64,000 nt of DNA from Octopus sinensis (lineage: Eukaryota), in contig NC_043005.1 of the NCBI RefSeq assembly GCF_006345805.1, positions 56,110,001-56,174,000 of the forward strand, read 5' to 3'. Positions 38,901 through 51,690 of this stretch are shown here, piece after piece (position 1 is the first letter of the stretch; each line of letters begins with the position of its first letter). A model generated the notes under the pieces. That model searched no databases and was not told the DNA's origin. It was given only the letters and a program-made list of their open reading frames with translations. The translations under genes were made by a program, and so were the position numbers.

Positions 38901-39104
38901 AATACATATGCAACTCATTTGAGAGTATACTGAAATTGCATTTACACTGTGTTTATGATTGTGATTGTATGTAATTGTATATAACAGTTATTTGTGTAGA
39001 GTACAATTCCAACAGCTTCCAGTTGTGTTATTCATTGGGTTGCTTTTCTTTCTTATTTATTCTCAGTCTCCTCTTCTAATTAAATGCAGACATCATCATT
39101 ATTA

Positions 39105-39835
39105 TCATGATTGTTATTCCAACTCATTACATTCTGAGTTCAGATTCCACCAGGGTCAACTTAGTCTTTCATCCTTTTGACATCCATTTAATAATTACCA
39201 ATGTAATCGAGTCAATGTAATCGACTAGCAAGCTGACAGAAGTGTTAGAGAACCAGAAGAAAAATTGTTTTGCCGCATTCATTCCCATTCCTCACGTTCT
39301 GAGGTCAACTATCCCTTTCATTCTTCTAAGATCAGTGAGATAAAAGTTCATGCCAAGTACTGGGGTTAACGGTTTCAACTACACCCTCTCCCCTCAAAAT
39401 TGCTGGCCTTGTGCCTAAAATAGAAATTATTAGCAGGCCAGACAAAATGCTGAGGTGTATTCTGTCCATCTTTACAATCTGAGTTCAAATTCCGCCAAGG
39501 TCAGCATTGACTTTCATCCTTTTGGGGTCAATAAAATAAGTACCAGTTGAACACTTATCCCTCCCCCAAATTATCTGGCCTTGTGCCAAAATTTGAAACC
39601 ATTATTATTAGTTGTATTAAGCTGGCAGAATCATTAGCATACCGGGCAAAATACTTAGCAGCATTTCATCCGTCCTTACAGTCTGAGTTCAAGTTCCGCC
39701 GAGGCCGGCTTTGCCTTTCATCCTTTCAGGTTCGATGAAATAAGTACCAGTTATGTACTGGAGTCAATGTAATCGACTACCTCCCTCCCCCACAATTTCA
39801 GGCCTTGTGTCTATAGTAGAAAGAACTATAATTAG
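39105..39835 (+). mobile_element. Four tandem family A SINEs
   Basis: Repeated ctgagttcaaattccgcc..ctttcatcctttt..taagtaccagtt. Confidence 0.85.
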
Positions 39836-40440
39836 TTGTATTGCATCACTGGAGATAGTCTCTTGATTTGCTTCTAACATATTTTGTTGTTAAGAGTGCT
39901 TTGTAGGGCTCTGTAGTGTAGCTACATAGGGACATGTAACATTGCCTGTCTTATTCTGATTATATTGGTTCATCTTATTGGTAAATGTATGCTGTTGGAC
40001 ACGGTACCCCATAAATTAATTTAATAACTCTCTCTCTCTCTCTCTATTTTGGATAGTTCAATTCCTTTTTTGACTGTCAACGATCTTTGGTTGAAATAGC
40101 TTGGTCCAAATTAAGAATCTTTTGTAGTGACAATACTTTAATGGTGCTTCGTTGTGGCTGCTCAGTTTTTTTGTTGTTTTTTTGTCATTTTATTAACTGA
40201 CTTAAGAGCAGCTTGGTTTGTCTGCCAAGGAAATTGACTTACCATTCTGTAAATATATTTTTCTATCCCGTTCTCAAAGATTTTGTGTATAGTTTAAATC
40301 ACCACTTTCCACTTTGAAATTCAAATATTGCTAGTAAAGACTTTTCCTTTCATTCTGTCTGGTTTTACAGGATTATTTCTCAGTGCATTGAGTCTACTTA
40401 ATGTTTATATGTAAATAAATTTAATTTGTAAACAATTTAC

Positions 40441-40454
40441 CTGCGCCAGACTGC
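40441..40454 (-). CDS. Candidate 14-nt microexon ((S)SLAQ, phase 1 to 0)
   Basis: Acceptor ctttggttttatAG and donor CAG|GTAAAT. Confidence 0.3.
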
Positions 40455-40923
40455 CTATAAAACCAAAGTGTTTATATCTAAATCAAAACTTTCCATCATA
40501 ATTTTCAGCAAGAAATTGCTGTAAAATTGTTTAAAATAACATTTTCATAATGTATATATGAGCTATTTTACTAAATTCTTCAAAATACATGATTATTTTT
40601 TGAAATTAATTGAAAAATGTAGGCAGCATATTTTATTAGAAACATTAAGAAAGTGTTAATCTCTATTCCAGCAAGTGTGATTTAGACTATGCTTCCTCAG
40701 TGAGATAAGAATATGGCCTAAATATGTCTAAAGTTATTTCCTGCGCATTATCAGACAAAAACAAGATTATACTAGACATTGAATAATATGTTTTCTTTCT
40801 TCGCTACAAATTTATAGTTAACTTTTCAATTCTTTATACATTAACACTAACTTACCTATTTAAAAACAAGAATAAAGGAATGCACTTGTGGTCGATTTAA
40901 TTCACCATACTGCCTTTCCTTAC

Positions 40924-40959
40924 TCATTGACTCTCTGCCATATACACTTGGTGTATGAT
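40924..40959 (-). CDS. Candidate 36-nt exon ((D)HTPSVYGRESM, phase 1 to 1)
   Basis: Acceptor caaatgactgcAG and donor TGA|GTAAGG; only the phase 1 frame chains with neighbouring exons. Confidence 0.35.
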   Translation of the reverse strand: MIHQVYMAESQ

Positions 40960-41740
40960 CTGCAGTCATTTGAAACGCAACACCATCAATAAACTAGTTT
41001 CCCTGCTAAAATACAAGTAGCTCTGCATTTGTTGCTTTAACTAAATGTCATACAAGCTCTGTTTTGAGATTTTCTTTATCCTTCAGTGAATTTTAGGGTG
41101 TTTTATAAAAAACATTAAGACTTTTTATCCTTCTTTTTTTGTCACTTTTGGCTGTTCAAATAGCTTTTTCAAAATATCAATTTTTTTTTAACAAGTGAGG
41201 TAAGATAGGAATGTTATGATGTTCATATTTTTCAAAATAGTTAAAAGACAAGATGACTAAATGAATAAGGTCTTGGACGACCAGCTCTCTTGTGTGAGTG
41301 AGTTTAAATCTATTACACATGATCTGTGATGTTTCTTGGTAAAGCACTAAAGCACTGTTTTTTCAACATTGCCTTGGTGTCTCTTTAGCTGTCAGAAATA
41401 GTTGCAAGATCATCTGAGAATTGTAGCTGCAATAGACCAGCAATCGTCCTTCTTGTACATGTAGAGGTTTACATGATGTCATCTACTTCAAGCCAGGAAA
41501 GTGGATTTAAGTACAACCCCCACCCCTTCCCAACTACCTCTTTCAGTCTCAGATAACCTGTTTTTTATGGACTTCTGAAATGGTGGCAGAAAGAAAGTAA
41601 AGAAGGAACCAGAGACTTGATCCTTAAATTTTTTTGGACTCATGATGCATTTTGTTATTTTAAGTAGTGTAACAGAAAATCTTGGTTTTCAACTGAAATC
41701 ATGTTTGGAGACTTAGTGTATGTATGTGTGTGTGTGTGTA

Positions 41741-42193
41741 CCTACTTTTTCCGAGGCCCATCCAACGTCCGATAGCAATTGCAACTGCCCTGATAAAACT
41801 ACCTGCCCCCTCAACAACAACTGCCTACAGAGGGACCTAGTATATACATGCGAGGTAAGATCAGGCCCTGACGATAAAAGAAAATCCTACATAGGAATGA
41901 CGTCAAACAGCTTTAAGACCCGTTGGTACGCACACACACACTCGTTCCGGCGACAGGATAAATCCAACCAAACTACCCTCGCCGCCCACATCTGGTACCT
42001 TAAAAGGAATTCCATCCCCTTCAAGACCAAGTGGAAACTACTACAGAAGGCGCGCTCGTACACAGGAGGCCATACCTGCTGTGACCTCTGCATATCGGAG
42101 AGCCTAGAGATCTTGTTCGCCAAAGGCCCTCTCCTTAACAAAATCTCAGAACACTCCCCAAATTGTATGCATATGAAGTATGCGAACTACTAG
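41741..42193 (+). mobile_element. Penelope-like (Naiad-type) GIY-YIG endonuclease, 3' end of ORF, uninterrupted
   Basis: CNCPDKTTC (CxCx5C linker), LVY..SYIGMT (GIY-YIG variant), RWYAH, AHIWYLK, CDLC, LLNK and CMH; starts at a (TG)n junction. Confidence 0.9.
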
Positions 42194-42329
42194 AACTATA
42201 GACCTACCCGGCAACCAGATTGATGACACCCCACCAACAAAACCCCCCCAATCCCACCGTTCCCCTAGCACCCCCGATTACCTTTTCTCCTAAGACCTTT
42301 CACATATTGTATGTGCACGCTTGTAGATG

Positions 42330-42430
42330 TGTATCGTATATATGTATAGAAATGTATGGGTATAGTAGGATTATACGCATGTATTATGTGTGTGTGTGCG
42401 TGTATGTATGTAAAAAAATATATATATGTG

Positions 42431-42461
<31 letters not shown>

Positions 42462-42486
42462 GTATATATATATATATATGTATGTA

Positions 42487-42526
<40 letters not shown>

Positions 42527-42744
42527 TAGATGTATGTATGTATATATGTGTATATGTGTGTATGCATATGTATGTGAATATGTATGTGTGTATGTATATA
42601 TATGTGTGTAAGTGTGTGTATATATGTAAATGTAAGTGTGTGCGCTTGTATGAGAATGTATGTATGTTTGCACACATGTGTATATATATGTGGGTGTATG
42701 TGTGTGTGTATGTATATGTGTGTGTATATATATATATATATATG

Positions 42745-42791
<47 letters not shown>

Positions 42792-43048
42792 ACATATATA
42801 TGTATGTGTATGTGTATGTATATGTGTATGTATATATATGTGTATGTGAGTGTGTGTGTATACATGTGTGTATGTGTATGTATGTATGTATATATATGCG
42901 TGTGCATGGGTATATGTATATGTACATATGCGCGTACGCTCGTGTGTTTATGTATGTGTAGGTACGTAGAGTTATCTATGTGTGTATTTATATGTACATG
43001 TGTAAGTATGTATATATATGTATGTATGTGTATGTATATGTATGTGTA

Positions 43049-43098
<50 letters not shown>

Positions 43099-43199
43099 GT
43101 ATGTATGTGTGTATGTGTATATGTAGGTGTATGTGTATGTATATATTTATATTTATATATATATGTGTGTGTGTATATGTATATATGTGTGTGTGTGTG

Positions 43200-43252
<53 letters not shown>

Positions 43253-43319
43253 ATGTGTATATGTAGGTGTATGTGTGTATGTATATATTTATGTTTATAT
43301 ATATGTGTGTGTATATATG

Positions 43320-43370
<51 letters not shown>

Positions 43371-43539
43371 ATGTGTGTAAGTTTATTATATGTATGTATC
43401 CGTCTATATAATAGGTAACTGCACGTACATATACTTAATATTTATTTTTTGAGTATGCATGTATGAATAACTGCGCGTATATATATTTACTATTTACTTA
43501 TTTTTTGAGTATGCATGTTAGTATGAATATATATATATG

Positions 43540-43596
<57 letters not shown>

Positions 43597-43726
43597 ATAT
43601 ATATATATATATGTACATGTATGTATTTGTATGTAGGTGTACATGTATGTGTGTGTATTTATATTTATTGGTGTATATGTATAGACTAGCCTTCTAAGAG
43701 TGTAGACATGAATCTGTAGGTACGCG

Positions 43727-43787
<61 letters not shown>

Positions 43788-44234
43788 GTGTATATATATA
43801 TATGTACATGTATGTATGTATGTTGTATGTAGGTGTACATGTATGTGTGTTATTTATATTATATTAGTGTATATGTATAGACTAGCCTTCTAAGAGTGTA
43901 GACATGAATCTGTAGGTACGTATGTGTATATACGTGAATGTATGTAGATGTATGTATGTATGAATATAACGCGTGCGTGCGTGTATGCGTATGAGTGTAC
44001 GAATGAGTGAGTGTATGCGCTAAAGAGTGTGCGTGAGTGAATGAGTAATTGTTTTCCAGTAGCCGGATAAATGGTCTGGCTGTCATAGCCAAGATGTTTG
44101 TGACCAAGCGGCCAAAGATAACAAAAGTAATAAACGAAGATAATAAAATTAAAATTAGGGAATGGGTCTGTATTTGTATATGTATATATATATGTGTGTA
44201 TGTGTAGGTATGCATGGGTACACATATGTGTATA

Positions 44235-44309
<75 letters not shown>

Positions 44310-44840
44310 ATATGTATGTGTATGTATGTATATATATGTGTATGTATGTGTATGTGTGGGTGTATATATATGTGTGTATGTGTATATATGTGTATATAGG
44401 GACTAGTGTGCTGTGTGTGCATGTGTGTGTATGGATTTGTTGTGTGTGTATGCGTGTATGTGAGTATGTGTGTGTATGTGTATATATATATTTTTCTGTG
44501 TGTATATGTATGTGTGGTCGTGTGTGTATATATACATGTGTGTATACGTGTATGCAAGTGAGTGTGTGTATGTATACATATATATGTGTATGTGTAGATA
44601 TGTATATGTATGTGTGAGTGTATATATGTGTGTATGTGTAGAGGTATAAGTGAGAATCTCCTTATTTACCTAAAACTCTATTCCCCCCTTTATTTATATA
44701 TATATATATATATTTTTATTTTTTTATTTTTTTATTTTTTATTTTTATTTTTATTTTTATTTTTTTATATCTTTTTATTTATATTTTATTTTTTATTTTT
44801 TTTTTTATTTTTTATTTTTTATTTTTTATTTATTCTCCTA
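42330..44840. repeat. ~2.4-kb compound alternating purine-pyrimidine tract with internal higher-order duplications, ending in a T-rich (TTTTA)n run
   Basis: TA/TG/TATG runs; a 54-bp block is duplicated at 43671-43724 and 43867-43920. Confidence 0.95.
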
Positions 44841-45964
44841 TCTAATTTAACACTGACTCCTTGACCACTCCCCCAAGTATGATTTTTTGCGCTATGCCTA
44901 CCCCCAAAAAGTCCCCCACCAACACCCCTTTAAACCTGCCTAAATGTATAAATGCCAATACAATTCTTGTTAACTAGCTTCCTGAAGATTTCTCTTGAAT
45001 GAAACAGTTCTAGTCCTGTAGAAGCTCCTTCTATATAATAAATTAATTTTACTCTGCTATGTATTGAGTACCTTATTTACTGTGGTTAACCCCGAATCAA
45101 CCCGGGACCTACATATATATATATATATATATATAACAATCTTACTTAGAAATGGATGCGTGCGTTCCGTCATATAATAAATTAATAAATAAATAAAACA
45201 TATGCATATATACATACATATATGTACATACCTACCTCTACATGTATATATACATGCATATATGGGTACAGGACACAAAAAAAACGTCGAACACAATGAG
45301 AAACGAAAACATAAACACAAGACCAAGGAAATGGACATTTTTCTTAATACAAGGAAAATTCCCCTTCTTCAGTCGCCTTTGTTTCATCTACTCCACGTTT
45401 CAAAGGTGAAATATATGATTCGCCTTGCTAGCCACTACACACACACATACATATATATATGTATATATATATATTTATCTTTTAGTCTGGAGGAAGAGCA
45501 GTACCTAATACTCTTTATAGAATTTTCAAGACTGGTGGGAAGGAAGGAGGAAGGAAGGTATCCTCAAAGCAGAAATCCAACCTGGAAGCTTCCAATAGAA
45601 TGAACTCTGCTAAAGGTACCTAAGGTGTCAAGTGATTGCATTAAATTGAGCGACTGATAACTTTATTTACCAGCATACCAGTTGGCATAGTATCTTGTGT
45701 AAACATTCACACATTGTCACTATCTTTCCAAATCCTGCTGCATTTTGCATAGAATTTTTTATTCCTCTGAAGTCATCTTGGTGTATAAGTCAACCTGCCT
45801 TATTTTTGTCTGTAAGTTATTATGGTCTATAAAATTTGACTTGCATACCAGAAAATACAGTAAATCTACTATCCAAGTAGAAGATCATTGTGAGATTTGA
45901 ACTCAGAATGCAAAGAGCCAGAACAAATACTGTTAGGCATCCAGTCCACATATCCAACATCTGG

Positions 45965-46620
45965 GATAATCTTTTATCCTTTACTTGTTTCAGTCATTTG
46001 ACTGCGGCCATGCTGGGTCACTGCCTTTAAGAACTTTTAGTCGAATGAATTGACCTGAGTACTTTTTATTTTTTCAAGCCTGGTATTTATTTTATCAGCC
46101 TCTGTTACTGAACTCTATATTATGGGAGACATAAACACATCAGCACTAATTGTCAAGTGGTGGTGGGGAGACAAACACAGACCCAAAAGCAACCCCCACC
46201 GCCACATATATATATATATGTGACAAACTTCTCTCAGTTTCTTATTTCTTTATTGCCCACAAGGAGCTAAACATAGAGGAAACAAACAAGGACAGACAAA
46301 GGGATTAAGTCGATTACATTGACCCCAGTGCGTAACTGGTACTTCATTTATCGACACCGAAAGGATGAAAGGCAAAGTCAACCTTGGCGGAATGTAATGT
46401 CAACCTCAGAATGTAATGGCAGATGAAATACCGCTAAGCATTTCGCCCGGTGTGCTAACGTTTCTGCCAACTTAGTTTCTGTCTACCAAATCCACTCACA
46501 AGGCTTTGGTTGGCCTGAAGCTTTAATAGAAGACACTTGCTCAAGGTAACACGCAATGGGACTGAACCCAAAGGCATGTAGTTGGGAAGCAGCCTTCTTA
46601 ACACACAGCCATGCGTGCAC
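45965..46620 (-). mobile_element. CORE-type SINE interrupted by a family A SINE
   Basis: Tail 45965-46240, family A insert ~46242-46473 and head 46474-46620. The heptamer agtttct occurs at both junctions. Confidence 0.7.
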
Positions 46621-46793
46621 CTATGGTAATTTTTTAATTTTATTTTGTATCACAGCAATAAAGACAAAAGGCAAGGTTAACTTCAGTGAGATTTGAACTA
46701 TGAAGCAGAGAATCAAAATGAATAGTACAAGGCATTCTGTCTGATATTCTTATAACTTTGCCAATTTGCCAGCCATGATTCCATCATAGAAAT

Positions 46794-47400
46794 CATCATC
46801 ATCATTGTTTATCATCCGCTTTCCATGCTGGCATGGGTTTGACGGTTTGACTGAGGACTGGCAAGCCAGAAGGCTGCACCAGGCTCCAATCTGATCTGGC
46901 AAAGTTTCTACAGCTAGATGCCCTTCTTAATGCCAACCACTCCAAGAGTGTAGTGGGTGCTTTTACGTGCCACTGGCACGAGGGCCAGTCAGGCAGTTCT
47001 TGCAACAACCACGCTCAAAACGTGTTTTTTACAGGGAGCCAGTCTGGTGGCACTGGCAACAACCACGCTCAAATGTTGTTTTTCACATGCCACCAGCACA
47101 TGTGCCAGTAAGGCGATGCTAGCAATGATCATGCTCGAATGGTGCTTTTTATGTGCCACTGGCATGGGAGCCAACTCATGGCCCTGGCAACGATCACGCT
47201 TGGATGTGCCAATCACGAGTGCCAATCAGGCGGTACTATTATCGGCCGTGTCAGCAATTTTAATTTTACTTGCCTCAATAGGTCTTCGCAAGCAAAATTT
47301 ATTGTCCAATGAATGAGGGGTACTCATAAGTGGGCTGGTTACACCCCACGCTCAGACATGTTTTTAATGTTCCACTGACACGAGTGCCAGTCAGGTGGTA
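46794..47400 (-). mobile_element. RTE 3' UTR/tail fragment
   Basis: Reverse complement of gtggcacgtaaaagcacccactacactc..ggcattaagaagggcatctagctgtagaaac..(gat)n. Confidence 0.85.
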
Positions 47401-48364
47401 CTGTCATCAGCCACATCAGCGATTTTGATTTAAGAATCTTAGTAAAGAATTTATAAAATAATTAGGCTTCCAACCTTCAGCTTCTGTTGCCACTGACGAG
47501 AAAACACTCACCATTGCATATTTACAGGTGACAGCAATTAAGCTTCACCGTTCAATAATCACCTGGAGTAAGTTTACCTTGCTAAATGAGGTTAAGCTTA
47601 TTAGTGGCGTGCTTGCTGACCTGACCTTTCACAACTAACTAAGCTTTTAACATAGCATGGTAGTATGTTTTTTGTTTTATTTACCTTTCAGCCATTGTTA
47701 AAATCCTCTCGTTTATTTTCCTTCTCACCTTCAGTGCACTTGAGTGAGTGAGTAAGAGTGTGTGTGTGTGTGTGTGTGTGCATGAGTGTGAGAGAGCATG
47801 TCCATTGCTTTCACCGGTTGGTTTTAAAGATCAGATTCCACCCCTATCAACATTGTTTATGTTTACCAAAATTTTTCAATTAAAAACAATCATTTTGGTG
47901 TTATCTATCTTGCTTCTTGTTTTTGATTTTAAACACTTCTATGGAGAGTTCAAATGTAATTAATTGCATGGATAATTTTAATTAATTGAAGATTCCTAGG
48001 TTACTATATTAGTTTGTGAAATTCTACAACACGCACAAACACATACACACACACATACAAACACATACACACATACAAAGATACATGCATACATACTTAC
48101 ACACACACACACGTACACACAATTTAAGCTGAATATTTATCTTGTGATTCCAATTTAATTAAATCATCTACTCTATGACATTTATCAAGTACTTTTCCCT
48201 CATTTGCAGAACATGTAAATTTATCTACCTATCCACACACACACACACACACACATCACTCACTATTGAGTATGTTTTGGTTTCAGCAATGTCATCATCA
48301 TTGACATCCACATTTCTGTACTTGCATGAGTCAGAAGGAATGATAATGATGAAGATAATAAAAA

Positions 48365-49215
48365 TGATAATGCTTTCAAGTTTTGGCACAAGGCCAGCAA
48401 TTTTGGAGGTGGGAGTCAGTCAATAATAATTATTAATTATTAGCAAGGCAATGAGCTGGCTGAATTGTTAGCACACCGGGCAAAACACTTAGTGGCATTT
48501 TGTTTGTCTTTACATTTTGAGTTCAAATTCCACCATGGTTGACTTTGCTTTTCATCCTTTCGGGGTTGATAAATTAAGTACCAGTAAAACACTGGGGGGT
48601 TGATGTAATCAACTAGTCCCTTCCCCAAAAATTTTAGGCCTTGTACCTTTAGTAGAAAGGATTAATTATTAGCAACAGAAGCAGTATTAAGTACCAAAAG
48701 GTAATCACTCTATCCAACTTAACATGGATGCCATGTTAAAACACTGAATTGCATGACTGATGAATTTCCTCTGCTATGATCTGTTTGCTTTTAAGCACCA
48801 AACACATATAGGAGATGGCCTCTCTAGGCTAATAATGCCGTATTCAGTGTTCTAACACAGCATCTATGTTAAGTTTAAAAATAATTGTTTCAGATTTTGG
48901 CATAAAGTCACTATTTTGAGGTGAAGGTGTTAGTTGATTACACTGACCCCTACCCCCAATGCTTATCTGACTGGTGCTTTATTTTATTAACCCTGGAGAG
49001 ACAAAAGCATAGTTGACCTCTGGATTTAAACTCAGAATGTCAATGATGATGACAAAAACCACAACACATTTTACTCAATGGCCTAATGATTCTGCCAGCT
49101 TGCCATTCTTTCATAAGCACTAGGCCTTGAAATGTTTGAAGGGTGGGGATCAGTTGGTTATATTAACCCCAGTAATTTAACTGGTACTCTCTTTTTTTTA
49201 TTATTGACCTTCAAA
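48365..49215. mobile_element. Family A SINE cluster in mixed orientation
   Basis: - stub 48365-48430, + copy 48440-48670, - copy 48880-49100, - stub 49100-49215. Confidence 0.75.
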
Positions 49216-49320
49216 AGATAATATCAGTACAACTTTGCATACAGCCTTTTGTAAATAAATGGACCTCACTCATGTTGATGAGTAATTCAGTCATTCAATA
49301 AACAGAACTATTTACTCATT

Positions 49321-49351
<31 letters not shown>

Positions 49352-49355
<4 letters not shown>

Positions 49356-49691
49356 TAGTTTTATTTTTATATCATGCTTTCACTTCACTACCGAGCACAG
49401 TTCTGTGTGCCTTGGGCATGTGCTGTGATTTGTTGTGATTCTCTGATGGTTACTGTATTGAAAGTGTTTTGCATAGGATGTGTGCAGTGCCCAGTAGTGC
49501 AATTTTCTGTATGTATTTGTCTGAATATTTTTTTATCATACCTAATGCACCTACTATGATAGGAATTGTTTCTGTTTTTAATATTCCACATTCGAGTTAC
49601 CTCTATTTCCAGGTCCTTGTATTTTGAAAGTTTCTCCATTTCTTTTAGAGACACGCTATCTGCTGATACTGATACATCTTTTAGAGACACA

Positions 49692-49692
<1 letters not shown>
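49352..49692 (-). mobile_element. R4/Dong-like retrotransposon extreme 3' end
   Basis: The - strand reads DVSVSADSVSLKEMEKLSKYKDLEIEVTRMW, with a 3' UTR ending ..aaaataaaactactgaa(taa)n. (TTA)n arrays on both sides. Confidence 0.85.
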
Positions 49693-49728
<36 letters not shown>

Positions 49729-50089
49729 GTATAAGTATGAGTTGTGCATTTGGATAGATGTAATCAACTAGTCCTCTCCCCGCCAAAAAATTTCAGGCTT
49801 TGTGCCTGTAGTTGAAAGGATTATTACATATAAGCACTCGAGTATTCCATCTACAGTTGCACCCTTAATGTATTCCTTATGGCAGTATCAGAATGATGCA
49901 TTACACAAATGAACACATATAAGTGCATACACTTATACACAAGACACTTTAAATATCAGCTCTGCTTCAGGTTTTAGCTACAACTGTAGGATCTGAATTT
50001 TCTGTTGATGGATATATATAAACACTAGTAAAATATTTAGTACTCTCACTTAACACTCCTTTTACAACCCACACAAAACTCAGAAAAAC

Positions 50090-50530
50090 ACCACACACAC
50101 ACACACACACACACAGGTGTGTCCTCATACTCACACCTGCATTCTTGCACTAACATCCATGTCCTTCTACACACACACACACCTCATCGTCACATGTGCA
50201 TACCTGCTTCTCCATATTCTTATTCATTTCTCCAACATATGCGTACACATTCACACACACACTTTCGCGTTCACATTTCCCCTTGCTCACTCTCACACAT
50301 CCACTTCACTTTCATACAAGCACACTCATGCTTACTTTCCCACACAGTCACACTACCCCCACATCTCTTCCACATTCACATCCCTACCTCATTCATTCTC
50401 TCTCACGTGCATTCACATCCCCTACACACACACACACACACACTCATTCTCTCTTTTTTTCTTCTCATTCCCTCATCTGCATTTTCCCTCTCTGTCACAT
50501 CAACCTCACACACTCACATTCATGGATACA
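50090..50530. repeat. Degenerate CA/CT-rich simple repeat
   Basis: Direct reading. Confidence 0.8.
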
Positions 50531-51690
50531 CATGCAAGTATCATGTTCTACCCTTTTAACCAAATTTTCTACAGGTATTTAACTTTCCAGCTCTTTCGCT
50601 CTCCATACCATTCAAAACTTACTTTTTCCCCCCACCTCTCTTAAGCTCAATCATGACCATTCAATCACTTGAATTTGTATTGCTCTTTTCCTCAAACTCT
50701 AATCTTATCCAGTTTAATCCAGCTAGTATTGCTCTAGTCTTCTCTTCCCCAAACCTTAATCTTGTTGAATTTGATCCAGTTAATAATGCTCTCCCTACCC
50801 AACATACATTGCCATTGTTATCCTCAACTTAGATTGTTATTAATTACTCTAACTTAAATTGCCTTTAATTATCCCCAGCTTACATTAAGATTTATTATCC
50901 TGAGTCAGACTGCCATTGTTACCCCAATATAGTTTACTATTTATTAATTTCACATAGATTGCTATTAATTAAACTTATATAGATTTCTATCAATTAACCT
51001 CCTATACATTGCTATTAATTAAACTCACATAGATTGTTCTCAGTTACCCTCACATTTTTAATGGTTGTCTCTTGGACCCTAGAAAGACAGTTCTGCAATT
51101 TCTTGCTGAGCAGCTTATGCAGATGATTTATTTATAGTGATCAAATGTTTGCATTGCACATAAGTTCACTCCCTCCATCAAATTGATATTGCCTGTGCAG
51201 TTGCATGGTGTGCCACATGTCTGATGTTGAAGTGATTGCAGTGCAACTCGAGATGAAGTTTTTGCTCAAGAATGCATTGCACCACTCATTCCGAAAAATC
51301 AAACCCATGTTCTTGCTCTTGTGAGTGCAACATGCTGACCACCAGGACACACGTCCTCACCTTACCCTCATATACTTCACAATTTTTTCTTTACTTCACA
51401 TTGCCATCATTATCCTAACAAGTATTTAGCAATTACCCTTAGATTGTCAGTAATTTGCTATAACTTATATTACAATCATTAACCTAACTGTTACCCCTAA
51501 CACAAATGTGAAGATTATCAGTGAGGAAATATTTGTAAAACCTTTAAATTTTGCTGCACATTCCTCAGTCCAAGTGAAACCATGACTTCTGCAGGTGTTG
51601 CATGGTACTAATTACACACCTGGAAAGAAAAACTCATGAAAATGTCTGCACGAGACCTTATTGTATTAAAAAGACTCAAAGCCTCCATAC

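Noticed and set aside
41741-42193. Selenoprotein-type Naiad
   Set aside because: No in-frame TGA at conserved Cys positions in this fragment and no SECIS recognised.
44050-44110. Possible hammerhead on the - strand (ctatgacagcc..ggctactggaaaac)
   Set aside because: The core CUGANGA is not present and stems I and III cannot be formed.
42220-44864. Long ORFs (up to 252 aa) rich in Y/I/C/V/M/H/T, also at 13.3-14.0, 30.9-31.3 and 50.1-50.6 kb
   Set aside because: Translations of dinucleotide microsatellites that lack stop codons by composition.
47506-47600. Possible first exon of the - gene ending ATG|GTGAGT
   Set aside because: Could not be chained in phase to downstream exons, and better exon candidates lie further upstream (51.7 kb).
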